In this document: positions 61,970 to 64,000 of the stretch, in pieces | Layout: every line of letters starts with the position of its first letter | How positions within the stretch are numbered: position 1 is the first letter of the stretch | Assembly (NCBI GenBank): GCA_012295275.1 | Contig: CM022679.1 | Location: 9,362,001-9,426,000, forward strand | Direction of reading: 5' to 3' | DNA length: 64,000 nt | Source of the DNA: Chrysomallon squamiferum | Lineage: Eukaryota; Animalia; Mollusca | The notes under the pieces: generated by a model | Told to the model about the DNA's origin: nothing | Database searches by the model: none | The model's input: the letters and a program-made list of their open reading frames with translations, nothing else | Position numbers and translations under genes: made by a program

Positions 61970-64000
61970 TATGTCATTTACAAAACCAAACCAGTATAGT
62001 TGTTTATCATATATTAATTAAAAAAAAAAAACCAACTTTTTATAGCGATATAATCTACATTTTAAAATTATCTTGCTAATTGTTTTTAATTATGTATGCT
62101 TCTGACAACTTCTCTGTAACTAGTATCTTTACACTGCCAGTTTGCCATTTTGTTGTGAGTTTACTTTTCAGCAATGTTTTTAAAAATATATATTAAATTT
62201 TCACAACACAATTTAACAGAATCTGTACTGGATTTCACTGCATTTTTTTTTTTTTTTTTTTTTTTTTATTCTTAAATGTATGTACGTAGTTTAGACAAAA
62301 TGAAATCCATTGCTCAAAAGTTTTGTTTTTAATTCTTGTGGCCTTACTGAAAAAAGCTTACAGTATAAGCTAGTTTTGTGTTCATGGTGATATACATGCA
62401 CCTTTATTTGCAAAGGTTAAATGTTGGTGATTTTATGTGGGGATCAATGTGTTGTTTACCAATGTTTTAAATTTTTAAAGTATATCTTTGCTTATATGAA
62501 TAAATGGTCTGATTTTTTTTTTTATTATTACAAATAATAATAATTTTTTTTTGATATTGCAAGAATATGACAATAAAATAAGATTAATGTTTTACATCTA
62601 CGCAACTTGAAATGTAACATCAAATACATGGTGGAACATTGTTTTTGTTTTCTTTGATCATAAAAGAAAAATCTTCTGATTATATTTATTTATTGTTTTT
62701 GACAAATAATTTTTATTATGAAATACAGAAATTTTGTAGCTTGCACAAATACCACTGTAATTTTTAACATTTTAAGGAATGCGAAACACCAAAACCAAAT
62801 TATAAAACAAACTTGTTTACCATGATATGTATCCATCATGTCTTCAGAAACATGGAGGTTAGATGTTTTCAACCAGTATTTTGTTATAAGCTAAAATTGG
62901 TCAGCAAAAGAACCAAAACAAAAACTTGGCAACGTGAAATGTAATGACGATTTCTTCATATCAACAAAGATAGACTTTATAATGTCAGAATTCCATAGCA
63001 AATCATAGATAATCATTTTTTCTGCTATGATGTCACATCACTTTCATAAAACCTTATTGTTATATAAAATAACTTGCAATAAATTTTTATGTATATATAT
63101 TCTAATTACAAAAATGAAGTGTTTTGTTTTTATTTCTGTAGTTTTTAGTGCCAGTAATGAGGACAAAGATGATATTTTTACAATTTATTTTTCTTGATGC
63201 ATAAATATGCTTAAATTTCTGAAATGGTTTATTAAAAAACAGAACATGCCATCACCTTCAGACTTCTGAAACAGCCTTCAAACACTAAAATGTGTTCAGT
63301 AAGATGAAGAAAAAGAGTTAAATTTTATCTCGTTGTCAACTGGTTCCAGTTAGAACATTTAAAATAAAAGCTGATTATTTTATACAGCAGTCTCTCTTTG
63401 AGATGGAGGATAGTGAAGGGAAATGTCCATGCTACATATTTGTAAATGGTTACACCTTCACTGTATAAATCATTGTCATTGTTCTTTGATGTTGAATATA
63501 AAATTTAATCCAGTGGATGCTGTCTTTCATAAAAAAATATAAAATGGGGGGTGCTATGTGTAAAACACAACATACAAAATCCAGTTAACTGGTACACTTC
63601 TCTGATAATAACTTAATGTGAATACTAGAGAGCTACTCTCACCACCAAACCAGTTAAGAACCACTGTTATACTATAACTGGGGAAAAAACTTGGCATCAA
63701 ATTTTTAAAAATTATTTTAAATTTTGTATACATTAACTATTTTTAGATAATAAAAACTATCTACATATGACAAATAGTATAAGATATACTACAAACTAAC
63801 TAGAACTTGGTTAGAAAACTAAGAAAAATCTGATGAAATTCAATTACTTAACTCTATGGTGCTCCTCTTTCCTGATTAAAGATATACAGGCTCAAATGGG
63901 ATTCTAGGCCAGTGATTTTCAATCATCTTCACTTAATTAGTAAAAATAAATATTATTTACTTGCTGCAAATAATTTGCCATTGTGCGTCTGCCTGCTATA

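Overview
This is AT-rich, microsatellite-dense animal genomic DNA. A lophotrochozoan, probably a mollusc, is my inference from gene structure and composition only. Almost every entry in the ORF track is a microsatellite artefact or an exon fragment. Reading splice sites by hand gives three multi-exon genes. (1) The 3' part of a Rab11-FIP3/FIP4 (nuf)-like gene on + (exons 2511-17727; its 5' end is outside the window). (2) A complete SLC5A7/CHT1-like sodium:solute symporter on - (8 coding exons, 30293-25440, 548 aa). (3) A complete lethal(2) giant larvae (Lgl/LLGL) gene on + (25 coding exons, 41090-61100, about 1099 aa). The window also holds a clean TA-flanked Tc1/mariner-type MITE and several intronic minisatellites. 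I found no prokaryote-style novel system. The best leads are: a CHT1-like transporter whose choline-binding aromatic cage is substituted; a perfect 34-nt inverted copy of its coding exon 7 inside an upstream intron of the same gene; an 18-nt microexon with a UGC motif next to the Rab11-binding domain; a U12 minor intron in Lgl; a sharply bounded CpG-retaining domain between two CpG-depleted genes; and apparent single-base frameshifts in FIP and Lgl that are most likely assembly errors.
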